A stretch of 60,004 nt of DNA from Gemmatimonadota bacterium (GTDB lineage Bacteria > Gemmatimonadota > Gemmatimonadetes > Gemmatimonadales > GWC2-71-9): assembly GCA_039591655.1 (NCBI GenBank), contig JBDHDE010000010.1:1-60004 (forward strand), written 5' to 3'. Below, piece after piece: positions 1 to 8,986 of this stretch. Made by a program: the position numbers and the translations under genes. Numbering within the stretch: position 1 is the first letter of the stretch; each line of letters begins with the position of its first letter. The notes under the pieces were generated by a model, which was given only the letters and a program-made list of their open reading frames with translations, had not been told where the DNA came from and ran no database searches.

Positions 1-4
1 AACC

Positions 5-379
5 ATGCGACAATGGCTCCGAGTGTGCATCTGTGTCTTCGCCGTCGGCTGCATCAGCACGAACGTGCAACGCTTGGATCATGCGGCACGCCCGGCTCGG
101 TCGCCCGATTCAGTGACGGTGCTTCTCGAGAAGCCGCAACAACCCTACACCGTCATCGCAGTCATCGAATCGAACTCCGAGACGGTCTTCGACAGTTTCG
201 ACGATCTGCGCAAAGAGATGATCGCCGAAGCGGCGAGGCTCGGCGGAGAAGCCCTGATTCTGGGACCGGAATCCACTGACTCGCAGTTCATCTTCACCGG
301 AATCGCCATGATCAAATCCGACAAGAGGAACTTGACTGGCGAGGTCATTGTGTACGATAGGGCGGGCGCTTCTACTTGA
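5..379 (+). CDS. Small hypothetical lipoprotein
   Basis: 124 aa; basic N-terminus, hydrophobic stretch and lipobox-like FAVGC. Confidence 0.6.
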   Translation: MRQWLRVCICVFAVGCISTNVQRLDHAARPARSPDSVTVLLEKPQQPYTVIAVIESNSETVFDSFDDLRKEMIAEAARLGGEALILGPESTDSQFIFTGIAMIKSDKRNLTGEVIVYDRAGAST

Positions 380-696
380 GCTGGCCCAAAGAACGCCGCA
401 CGACAAACCACCACATCGTTTCTGGTCCCTGTGGCCGCCGCTCTGGATCAGAGGACTGTGAGCGGAGCGGCGAGCCCAGGCGGGGCAAATGACGACGCGA
501 CTTCGGCTTAGCTGGAGTCGCGTTTGGGTGTCTAAGAAGGAGGAGGCCGAGCTGACGGCGCGGACGATGCAGCGCCGCTTGCTGCCGCCTCCACAGAGTC
601 GCAGCTTTCTATCTAGCTGCTGGTTCGGTTCACGAACGATCAGGCGGCGAAGCCCGCTCGAAGTACCTGCCCGCTACCCGGGAGCAGGAGGTTGTA

Positions 697-1494
697 GTGG
701 CCATCATTACCATATCAAGGGGGGCATACAGCGGCATCGAGGTCCTGGCAGAGCACCTCCGTGAGGAAATGGGCTATCGTCTCCTCTCCCGAGAGGAGCT
801 GCTGGTCAACACCGCCAAGGAGTTCGGGGCGTCGGAGAGCCAGCTGGAGTCGGCTCTCAAGCACAGACCTGGGCTGCTGGAAGGACGCGGCCTCACAAGG
901 CTGCACTACATCCACTGCGTGCAGGCAGTCATCGCCAAGGCCGTCCAAGGTGACAACCTGGTGTATCATGGTGAGGGAGGGCACCTCCTGCTCAAAGGGA
1001 TTCCTCACAACCTGAGAATCATGGTATTGGCCGACAGGGAGACTCGTATCGGCACCGTAATGGAACGATGCGACCTCACACGGGAGAGAGCGATAGAGTA
1101 CGTGAAGACGTTGGATGAAGAACGGGACAAGTGGGTGAAATGGGTCCATGGTGTCGACATGAACGATCCCGCCACCTTTGACCTGGTGATCAATCTAGAG
1201 CGCATCCCGGTTCCAAGTGCCATCGCGATCGTCGCTCAGACGGTGAGCCGTGATTTCCAAACGACCCAACGGTCCCAGAGGATCCTGGATGATCTAGTCC
1301 TCGCCAGCGAGATTCGGGCCAAGATCGGTCTGGATCGAGGCATCTCGGATGACAGGATCGAAGTCGAAGCCAACGATGGTGTTGTCACGATCACGGCGAA
1401 CGCGCGGTATCTCGCTGATGCGGACAGAGTCAAGCAGTTGGCGCTGCAGATTCCCGGCGTGAAGGACATCGAGTCAAAGATGGAAGCCCGATAG
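697..1494 (+). CDS. Cytidylate-kinase-like family protein with C-terminal BON domain
   Basis: IITISRGAYSG N-terminus and FDLVINL motif of the cytidylate kinase-like family; BON-like C-terminus (IEVEANDGVVTI...IPGVKDI); RBS GGAGG upstream of the GTG start. Confidence 0.8.
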   Translation: MAIITISRGAYSGIEVLAEHLREEMGYRLLSREELLVNTAKEFGASESQLESALKHRPGLLEGRGLTRLHYIHCVQAVIAKAVQGDNLVYHGEGGHLLLKGIPHNLRIMVLADRETRIGTVMERCDLTRERAIEYVKTLDEERDKWVKWVHGVDMNDPATFDLVINLERIPVPSAIAIVAQTVSRDFQTTQRSQRILDDLVLASEIRAKIGLDRGISDDRIEVEANDGVVTITANARYLADADRVKQLALQIPGVKDIESKMEAR

Positions 1495-1674
1495 CTCGTT
1501 GGGTCGCCGTAGGCGCGTCTCCTCCCTGAACATCTCAGCTGGGGTTGCCCCTCGCAATTTTCGGTCCAAGCGATAAGTTACTCCCCACGACCGTGCACCG
1601 GGGCGTTCCCTCCAACCCCCGGAACTCCATCTCATTCCGCGGCCGGTTCAGGCGATCAGGATCGGGAGAACATC

Positions 1675-2247
1675 ATGAAGCGAGCGACCCTCGTTGAGTA
1701 CGACGCTGCACCTCGCGAGGTGCAGGCCATCTACGATGAGATCATGGAGACGATGGGGAGCCAGGACGTGCTTAATGTTTTCAAAGCCCTGGGGAACAAT
1801 GAGAACATCCTCCGCGCTGTATGGTCGATGCTCAGGAACACCCTTGTCGAAGGGGAAATCCCGGCACTGTTGAAAGAGCTGATTCTCTTTCGCATTTCGA
1901 TCAAAGCGGGGAACGAATACTGCACGTCCCTGCATGCACATGCCGCATGTAATCTGGACTCAACGTTGAATTATGACGACTTGATGGCCCTGTCGGAGGG
2001 TGAGGCACTCGCCAGGCTCCCGGCCTCCTATCAGGTAGCGCTGGACGTTGTGTCCCGAGCCGCATTAAGGCCCAAGAGCGTTGCCGGTGACGACTTCGAG
2101 CTGGAAGAGGAACTTCGGGACGCCGGATTCTCGGAACGAGAAATCGACGAGTTACTGGCGGTTGGGTACTTTGGGATCATGATGAACACGGTGACCGACG
2201 CGTACGATATTCCATGGGAAGCACCCTTCCCTCCTGAGACCACCTAG
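1675..2247 (+). CDS. Carboxymuconolactone decarboxylase / AhpD-like protein
   Basis: LKELILFRISIKAGNEYCTSLH matches the AhpD core ExxxxxxSxxNxCxYCxxxH, with the first Cys replaced; LRDAGFSEREIDEL helix. Confidence 0.75.
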   Translation: MKRATLVEYDAAPREVQAIYDEIMETMGSQDVLNVFKALGNNENILRAVWSMLRNTLVEGEIPALLKELILFRISIKAGNEYCTSLHAHAACNLDSTLNYDDLMALSEGEALARLPASYQVALDVVSRAALRPKSVAGDDFELEEELRDAGFSEREIDELLAVGYFGIMMNTVTDAYDIPWEAPFPPETT

Positions 2248-2317
2248 ACCCCCATCCTGACGGGCTTTTCCCAATGGCCGGTCTGCGGTCCCCGAATACA
2301 CGGGGTGACCCCATCTA

Positions 2318-3889
2318 ATGACCACTGAAGGCGCGCTGTCGACGCTCTCCCGATACGAGGCGCTGTTCGAGCTCACGAGCGAAGTCAACGCGTCTAGTGA
2401 AATAGTGCAGGTGGGCACGCTGCTCGTGCGCCGGTTGAAATATGTGGCAGACGTCTTTTCGTGGCGGTATTTCAGCCTCGAACCAGAAGGGTCGGCCGTC
2501 GCTGCGCAGCGGGTCGCCATCGTCGTGGATGGCTCCCGGGGCCAGGCCACCGTCGACCACGTACCCATCGATCAGCTGTGCAATGTCGAGTTGGAGCTGT
2601 GGAGCGGGAAGAAGTCGCGTTTCCTTGAGGGGGCGGAGCTGGAAAGCGCAAAGAAGACGCTTCCCGGACAATTTCGCAAAGACACCATTGTGCAAGTATA
2701 TGTATGTCCGCGGTTCGGCACGGGCGGGCTTCAGAGCATGTTCCTCTACAGCAAGGTGCGGAGTCCTTTCAACGAGTTGGATGTCAAGTTCTTGACGCTG
2801 GCATCTCAAGTATTTCACGACAAGGTCTACCTGCTGTGGGAGCAACAGAAGATGCGCGCTCTCGAGACGGCGTACCTGCAGCAGGAGATCGCGCTCCGGC
2901 AGAGTGAGAAGCTGGCCACGCTTGGAAGGCTCAGTGCCGGGATGGCCCACGAGCTCAACAATCCCGCCGCTGCTGCGCAACGGGGTGCGGAGCAGCTTCG
3001 TGAGGAGATCGACCGGCTGAGTCGAGCGCAACGCCAGCTCGGCGAATCGGCTCTGAGTGAGCAGCATACGCGTGCCCTGGAAGAGCTCCTTACGTTGACC
3101 AGGGATCGGATCAAGAGCCCGATCGATCTGGATCCGCTGACGCAGAGCGATCTGGAAAGCGAGATCGAGAGCTGGTTGCAGGGACGCGGTGTTGCGGAGC
3201 CCTGGCGCTTTGCGCCGACGCTCGTGCCGCTCGGGCTGAACAAGCAAGAGCTCACCGAGATGTGGAAGGAGTTTGGGGACGACCGGTTGGCGACGATTAT
3301 TGCATCCCTGGCCAGCACCTACTCGACGCATGCACTCATGTCCGAGATTCGCGAGGGCGCCGGCAGGATATCCGAGATTGTCAAAGCGCTCAAGTCGTAC
3401 ACGTACCTCGATCAGGCACCCGTCCAAGCCGTGGATGTTCACGAGGGCCTGAACGACACGCTGGTCATGCTCCGTGGCAAACTCAAACAGGGTGTGACTA
3501 TACGTCGGCAGTTCGACACGGACCTGCCACGGATCCAAGCATTCGGCACCGAGTTGAATCAGGTGTGGACCAACCTTGTGGACAACGCGGTGGGTGCGAT
3601 GCGCGGTCACGGTACGTTGAGCCTCAAGACCTTCAGAAGGGACCCATGGGTGGTGGTACAGGTCATCGATGACGGACCAGGGATCCCACAGGACGTACAG
3701 CCAAAGGTGTTCGATCCCTTCTTCACTACTAAGCCCCCCGGGGAGGGTACGGGCTTGGGACTCAATATCAGCCACAACATCGTCGTGCAAAAGCACAACG
3801 GGGAGATCGAAGTGCGATCGAGACCGGGAGAAACCTGCTTTGAAGTCAGGCTTCCCTTGCAGGCTGATCTCGACATGCCGGGCAAGTGA
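2318..3889 (+). CDS. Sensor histidine kinase with GAF-like N-terminal domain
   Basis: H-box AHELNNP, N-box NQVWTNLVDNA, G1 DDGPGI, F-box FDPFFTTK, G2 GTGLGL; no TM segments. Confidence 0.92.
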   Translation: MTTEGALSTLSRYEALFELTSEVNASSEIVQVGTLLVRRLKYVADVFSWRYFSLEPEGSAVAAQRVAIVVDGSRGQATVDHVPIDQLCNVELELWSGKKSRFLEGAELESAKKTLPGQFRKDTIVQVYVCPRFGTGGLQSMFLYSKVRSPFNELDVKFLTLASQVFHDKVYLLWEQQKMRALETAYLQQEIALRQSEKLATLGRLSAGMAHELNNPAAAAQRGAEQLREEIDRLSRAQRQLGESALSEQHTRALEELLTLTRDRIKSPIDLDPLTQSDLESEIESWLQGRGVAEPWRFAPTLVPLGLNKQELTEMWKEFGDDRLATIIASLASTYSTHALMSEIREGAGRISEIVKALKSYTYLDQAPVQAVDVHEGLNDTLVMLRGKLKQGVTIRRQFDTDLPRIQAFGTELNQVWTNLVDNAVGAMRGHGTLSLKTFRRDPWVVVQVIDDGPGIPQDVQPKVFDPFFTTKPPGEGTGLGLNISHNIVVQKHNGEIEVRSRPGETCFEVRLPLQADLDMPGK

Positions 3890-3927
3890 GTGTGTTGCGG
3901 ACGGTCTAAAGCGTAAGGAGATGAACG

Positions 3928-5661
3928 ATGTCGGAGCCGGTCATCTTGACGGTAGACGATGACCCGCAGGTCTGTAATGCCATCGAGCGCGATTTGCGAC
4001 GGCAGTACCGCCCGGATTATCGGATCATCAAGGCCACGTCGGGACAAGAGGCCTTGAACACCGCCGATTTGTTGAAGCAGCGAAGCGACACGGTAGCGCT
4101 CTTCTTGGTCGACCAGCGCATGCCGGAAATGACGGGTGTCGAGTTCCTCGGGAAGGCCGTTGAGCTTTTCCCGGAGGCAAAGAGAGTGCTGCTGACGGCG
4201 TATGCGGATACCGAAGCTGCCATCAAGGCCATCAATGACGTCCACCTCGATTACTACCTCCTCAAACCGTGGGATCCGCCCGACGAGAAGTTGTACCCAG
4301 TGGTGAGCGATCTCCTCGAGGACTGGCTTGCCGCGTACCGGCCCGTCTTCGAAGGCATTCGCGTAGTAGGTAACCAGTGGGCGCCTGCGTCTCACCAGGT
4401 GAAGGGTTTCCTAGCAAAGAACAACATTCCCTATCTCTGGCTCGATGTGGAGCTGAGCGACGAGGCTCGACAACTGGTCGATGGGACCGGACAGACCAGA
4501 CCGGAGTTACCCTGCCTGTTCTTTCCCGACGGGTCCATGCTTTGCAGGCCCGCCAATCGCGAGATTGCACAGCGTGTAGGGTTGCAGACCATCGCCGACA
4601 AGCCGCTGTACGACCTGATCATCGTAGGAGCGGGACCGGCAGGGCTGGCGGCAGCGGTGTACGGCGCATCGGAGGGTCTGCGCACATTAGTTGTTGAACG
4701 GGAGGCCCCCGGGGGACAGGCGGGAACGAGCTCACGCATTGAGAACTACCTGGGATTCCCCGGCGGATTGTCCGGTGCGGAACTGGCTCGACGGGCCGTC
4801 ACGCAAGCGCGTCGGTTCGGAGTGGAGATTCTCACGGCCCAAGAGGTGGTTGGCCTCGAGTCTGACGGTCCGACGCGTACGGTGCAACTGGGCGATGGCA
4901 ACGAGCTGCAATGCCGGGCAGTTCTCATAGCGACCGGCGTCTCGTATCGGCAGCTCCAGGCTGAAGGTATCCAGCGGCTGAGCGGCGCCGGAGTGTACTA
5001 CGGCGCGGCCATGGGTGAAGGTGAGTCTGTACGCGGAAAGGATGTGTACGTCGTAGGTGGGGCGAATTCGGCGGGACAGGCTGCGATGTACTTTTCGAAG
5101 TATGCCAAGAGCGTCACGATGCTGGTGCGAGGTCACTCACTTTCCAAGACGATGTCCCAATACCTCATTGACCAGATCGATGAGACGGAGAACATCGCGG
5201 TGTGGACCGAGACCGAGGTGCAAGAAGTCGTGGGTGTTGACCGGCTCGAGCAGCTCGTGCTGTCATGCGAGGGCGGGAAATCCACAAAGACCGTTCCGGC
5301 AAGCGGGCTTTTCATCCTTATCGGCGCGGTGCCACACACCGATTGGCTGGGCGACACGGTAGCGCGTGACGAGCACGGCTTCATCCTGTCGGGGCCGGAG
5401 GCGCGGGCGGCCGCCGGCGCGCGGGCGTTGAGCGACGCAGCCTCCCATAGGGCGCCAAGACGTTCCTCAGGCTGGCTTGCTGTTGGCACGACGACCTTGG
5501 AGACCCCGGTGAGCGACACGCACTACATGCTGGAGACGAGCCTCCCCGGCGTGTTCGTGGCCGGTGACGTTCGCCACGGATCCGTAAAGCGAGTTGCCTC
5601 GGCGGTGGGGGAAGGATCGATGGCAGTCATGTACGTCCATTTGTACTTGAATTCCACCTAA
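3928..5661 (+). CDS. Response-regulator receiver / thioredoxin reductase-like FAD oxidoreductase fusion
   Basis: Receiver (VDDD, DQRMP, LLTAY, KPW); FAD motif GAGPAG, IENYLGF, NAD(P)H motif GGANSAG, C-terminal GDVR...KRVASAVGEG. Confidence 0.92.
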   Translation: MSEPVILTVDDDPQVCNAIERDLRRQYRPDYRIIKATSGQEALNTADLLKQRSDTVALFLVDQRMPEMTGVEFLGKAVELFPEAKRVLLTAYADTEAAIKAINDVHLDYYLLKPWDPPDEKLYPVVSDLLEDWLAAYRPVFEGIRVVGNQWAPASHQVKGFLAKNNIPYLWLDVELSDEARQLVDGTGQTRPELPCLFFPDGSMLCRPANREIAQRVGLQTIADKPLYDLIIVGAGPAGLAAAVYGASEGLRTLVVEREAPGGQAGTSSRIENYLGFPGGLSGAELARRAVTQARRFGVEILTAQEVVGLESDGPTRTVQLGDGNELQCRAVLIATGVSYRQLQAEGIQRLSGAGVYYGAAMGEGESVRGKDVYVVGGANSAGQAAMYFSKYAKSVTMLVRGHSLSKTMSQYLIDQIDETENIAVWTETEVQEVVGVDRLEQLVLSCEGGKSTKTVPASGLFILIGAVPHTDWLGDTVARDEHGFILSGPEARAAAGARALSDAASHRAPRRSSGWLAVGTTTLETPVSDTHYMLETSLPGVFVAGDVRHGSVKRVASAVGEGSMAVMYVHLYLNST

Positions 5662-5785
5662 GGCGCCGTCACCCGGTAGCAAGTAGCGTAGAAGCGCGGC
5701 ATCGCCAGCGGCTGTGACGCCCGCACCCGGCAACGGATGACACGAACTCGCGTCCAGAGTGACCAGTTGCCGGGTTGCGGGGACC

Positions 5786-6769
5786 TCACCAGTGGATCTC
5801 CACCACGTCCCCTTCCTCCAGGACGTGGGCCGCGTGGACCGACTGACCGTCGAATGCGCTGGGTCCCCACACTCGCGCGAATTTCAACCCGTCTGCGATG
5901 TCCTTGTGGATAGTTCGGGCCAAATCACCGACGGTGGATCCCCTCGTTAGAGTGAAAGGCCGATCGAGGTCCGGGTCCTTCCTGGGCTCCTTGGTGTAGA
6001 TCCGGATGATGTCCAGGGCATCGAAGGTCCGCTTGGCCAACTCCTCCAACCCGATGCCCGCGACGGAAGACACGGGCACGGTGGGCCACGGCGTTTCCAG
6101 CAGCGCCTCGAGAGCCGCCAGATCCCCCTCCGAGCCATCTCGGTCCATTCCGGTGACTACCAATAGGGCAGGCTTGTGGAGCCATCCCGGCCGGGTGTCC
6201 GTCGTTCCGCCGGTTCCCGCTGGATAGAGCACGGTGGCCTTCTCGCCGAGAAGGGCCGTCACCATGTCGAAGCCGGCGAGCGGGTGCTCGATAGAGACCA
6301 CGAGCCACACCAGATCCCCCGTCCGCACCAGATCGTAGACCCAGGGCTCCACGTGCTCTTCGCAGAGAGGAGGCAGATCCACGAGTTGGAAGGAGACGTC
6401 CTCGAAGGGCATCATCCCCGGTGTGGCCTCCCGGGTGGTGAGGGGGTAGCTGGCGACCTCGGGCTTGGCGTGGGTGAGGGAAGCCACGAGGCTGGACTTC
6501 CCGGCGTTCGGGGGACCGACCAGAACCACTTGCCCCGCTCCCTCCCTCGGGACTTTGTGACTGTGCTTCCGGGTGGGGCCCTTCTTCTTTGGCTCGCGCC
6601 TCAGCTTCGACAGGCGGGAGCGCAGGTCGGCCTGGAGCTTGTCCGTCCCTTTGTGTTTGGGGATCACCCGGAGCATCTCCTCCAGGCAGGCGATCTTCTC
6701 CTCCCGCGTCACCGCGTTCCGGAACTTGGCCTCGGCCCCCTTATACGCCGGTGTGAGGTTGGCTGGCAT
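5786..6769 (-). CDS. OBG/DRG-family GTPase with C-terminal TGS domain
   Basis: MPANL start, IPKHKGT, G1 GPPNAGKS, G2 YPLTT, G3 DLPP; TGS-like IRIYTK...HVLEEGDVVEIH. Confidence 0.9.
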   Translation of the reverse strand: MPANLTPAYKGAEAKFRNAVTREEKIACLEEMLRVIPKHKGTDKLQADLRSRLSKLRREPKKKGPTRKHSHKVPREGAGQVVLVGPPNAGKSSLVASLTHAKPEVASYPLTTREATPGMMPFEDVSFQLVDLPPLCEEHVEPWVYDLVRTGDLVWLVVSIEHPLAGFDMVTALLGEKATVLYPAGTGGTTDTRPGWLHKPALLVVTGMDRDGSEGDLAALEALLETPWPTVPVSSVAGIGLEELAKRTFDALDIIRIYTKEPRKDPDLDRPFTLTRGSTVGDLARTIHKDIADGLKFARVWGPSAFDGQSVHAAHVLEEGDVVEIHW

Positions 6770-6908
6770 CGAATGGGCTCCCCGTACGACCTCTTCCCGG
6801 TGGTCACCCGAAACCTAGCAAGTCAGGGGGGGTGACACCGGTAAGCAGCTCTGGGCCTTCCGCCGCTGCGCAGGTGGAGACTGGGAGGTGGTGGCGCGTT
6901 CGTGGTGA

Positions 6909-7463
6909 TCACACCCCGACAGCCTGCTGCACCCGTTCGGCGATCTCCTCCACGGTGCCCGTACCGGGGACGATCTTCAACACCGCCTCTTCGCGGTAGT
7001 ACCCGACCAGCGGCGCCGTGGACCTGCGGTACACGTCGAGCCGCCGTCGGATCGCTTCGGTGGTCTCGTCGCTGCGCCCTTCGGTGGACGCCCTGGCCAG
7101 CAACCGTGGGACGAGCTCCTCCTCGGGCACATCTAACAGCAGGACCCTCTGTACCCCCGTTGCGAGCATGCGGTCCACGGCCTGCGCCTGTCGGATGGTG
7201 CGAGGAAAGCCGTCCAAGACGATCCCCTGTGCGGCCTCTGGGGACTCCAGTTGCTCCTTGACGAGGCTCAGGATGGTTTTGTCCGGCACCATTTCTCCCC
7301 GATCCATGTAGCGCTTGGCGTCGCGGCCCAGCAGGGTGCTCTTCTGGACGGCGTCGCTGAGGAGGTCGCCAGTGGTGATCTTGGGGACGCCGAGCCGACG
7401 GGCGAGGATCGCCCCCTGAGTGCCTTTGCCGGAACCGGGGGGACCGAGGAGGATGACGTTCAT
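6909..7463 (-). CDS. adk: Adenylate kinase (short, LID-less type)
   Basis: GPPGSGKGTQ P-loop, TGDLL, LDGFPRT; start placed at MNVILLG. Confidence 0.92.
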   Translation of the reverse strand: MNVILLGPPGSGKGTQGAILARRLGVPKITTGDLLSDAVQKSTLLGRDAKRYMDRGEMVPDKTILSLVKEQLESPEAAQGIVLDGFPRTIRQAQAVDRMLATGVQRVLLLDVPEEELVPRLLARASTEGRSDETTEAIRRRLDVYRRSTAPLVGYYREEAVLKIVPGTGTVEEIAERVQQAVGV

Positions 7464-7558
7464 GAGTAGGTGCTCGGTAGTGGGTGACAAGAGAGCAATA
7501 GGCTAGTCACTCCCCAAGGTCAAGTCGCGGGTGCAGGTGCGCTTCGAATACCAAACGC

Positions 7559-8779
7559 TCACTTGCCCGCTGCCGCTGCCAGTAACGCCTCCAGTAGCCC
7601 GCGGAGAATCGAGCGCTCGACTCCGCCGAACAGATTCCAGCAGTTCACCACGCCGATCAGCTGATGCTCGGGTAGCACCAGGAGGAACTGGCCGCCGAAC
7701 CCGAGGCCGGCCCAGACCTCCGTGCCGTCCCGGTCCGGCCGCCACCACTGGTAGCCGTAGCCCCAACCAGCCCGGTTGACCGACTCCACATGGCGCGCGG
7801 TGGAGGCCCGGACCCAGCCCTCGGGCAGGATGCGCTGGCCGTCCCACACCCCGTCGTTCAGGTACAGGTAGCCGATCTTGGCCAGCTGCTCCGCCTCCAG
7901 GTAGAGCCCGCCCTCGGTGTCGGGGTAGCCCTTCGGCGTCCTCTTCCAGTGGTAATCCGTGACACCCAGCGGCCCGAACAGGTACGCCTCGGCGTACTCG
8001 TCCACGTACTTGCCGGCGGCGGCCTTGACGATACCCGACATCAGGTGGCTGCCGCCCGAGTTGTAGGCCCACTTCTCGCCCGGGTCGGCATCCATCGGTT
8101 GGTCCAGCGTGAACTGGATCCAGTCTTCGCTCCACTCGAGCTGCAGCGTGGTGTTGGTCGAGTCGAACGGCCGGTCCTCGTGCCACTCGATGCCCGAGCG
8201 CATCGTGAGCAGGTCGTCCAGCGTCGCCCGGCGCAGCCGCTCGTCTACGCGCGACAGGTCGTAGTTCTCGAAGAACGACACCAGGAACGCGTCCGGTCCG
8301 CTGATGTCGCCGCGGCCGATCGCGATCCCGATCAGCACCGCCGTGACCGACTTGGTGACAGATTGGAGCGAGTGCACGTCCCGGCCCTGGTAGTAGGGAT
8401 GGTGGTCCGGGTGGTAGTAGTTGTACTGGTGCACCGCCGTCGTGTCGGGGCACGTCCCGGCCCCGCACCCGAGCGCGTCCGCAAACCCCCGGCTGATTGT
8501 CCGGTAGTCCCTCTCCCACCGCTTGCTCGCGACCAGGTAGCCGTTCCGCACGACGACGAGCCGGTCGACGTTGCCGTACGCGCCGGCCTCGATCTCCCGT
8601 GTGAGCGCGGCGAGCGGCGCGCTGTCGAGGCCCTGGGCCTCTGGTGACGAGACGCTCCAGCCGTGCGTGGGCCACGGTGCCTGCTGTGCTGAACACTGTG
8701 TGGCAGTGCCGCCGGCGAGAGCAGCCAGGGCGAGCCAGCCGATGGCGCGTGAGGCGCAGCGGGTCGTTGAGCCGATCAT
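7559..8779 (-). CDS. Secreted serine hydrolase, beta-lactamase (class C-like) family
   Basis: SxxK (SVTK), LLTMRSG, YxS (AYNSG), YGYQWW; signal peptide after MIGSTT. Confidence 0.88.
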   Translation of the reverse strand: MIGSTTRCASRAIGWLALAALAGGTATQCSAQQAPWPTHGWSVSSPEAQGLDSAPLAALTREIEAGAYGNVDRLVVVRNGYLVASKRWERDYRTISRGFADALGCGAGTCPDTTAVHQYNYYHPDHHPYYQGRDVHSLQSVTKSVTAVLIGIAIGRGDISGPDAFLVSFFENYDLSRVDERLRRATLDDLLTMRSGIEWHEDRPFDSTNTTLQLEWSEDWIQFTLDQPMDADPGEKWAYNSGGSHLMSGIVKAAAGKYVDEYAEAYLFGPLGVTDYHWKRTPKGYPDTEGGLYLEAEQLAKIGYLYLNDGVWDGQRILPEGWVRASTARHVESVNRAGWGYGYQWWRPDRDGTEVWAGLGFGGQFLLVLPEHQLIGVVNCWNLFGGVERSILRGLLEALLAAAAGK

Positions 8780-8986
8780 AGCGGGTTCCTCGAACCAGTG
8801 TGGACGAGAAGTATACGTGGGGAGCAGGCGCTCGGGAGCAGGAGGCCCGGCGCCGGCGGGCGGTCCCACAGGCCGGCAACTTGCTCCGGGCGCCGGGGCG
8901 CGCCATACTGGCCCGATCCCGGCGCTGCCAGAGGTGGCACGCGGCGCCCGGCGCGAAGCAGGTAGTCCCAATCTCCACAGCGAGCG

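Noticed and set aside
380..696. Small ORFs or a gene remnant in this intergenic gap
   Set aside because: No recognisable protein motifs in the frames examined.
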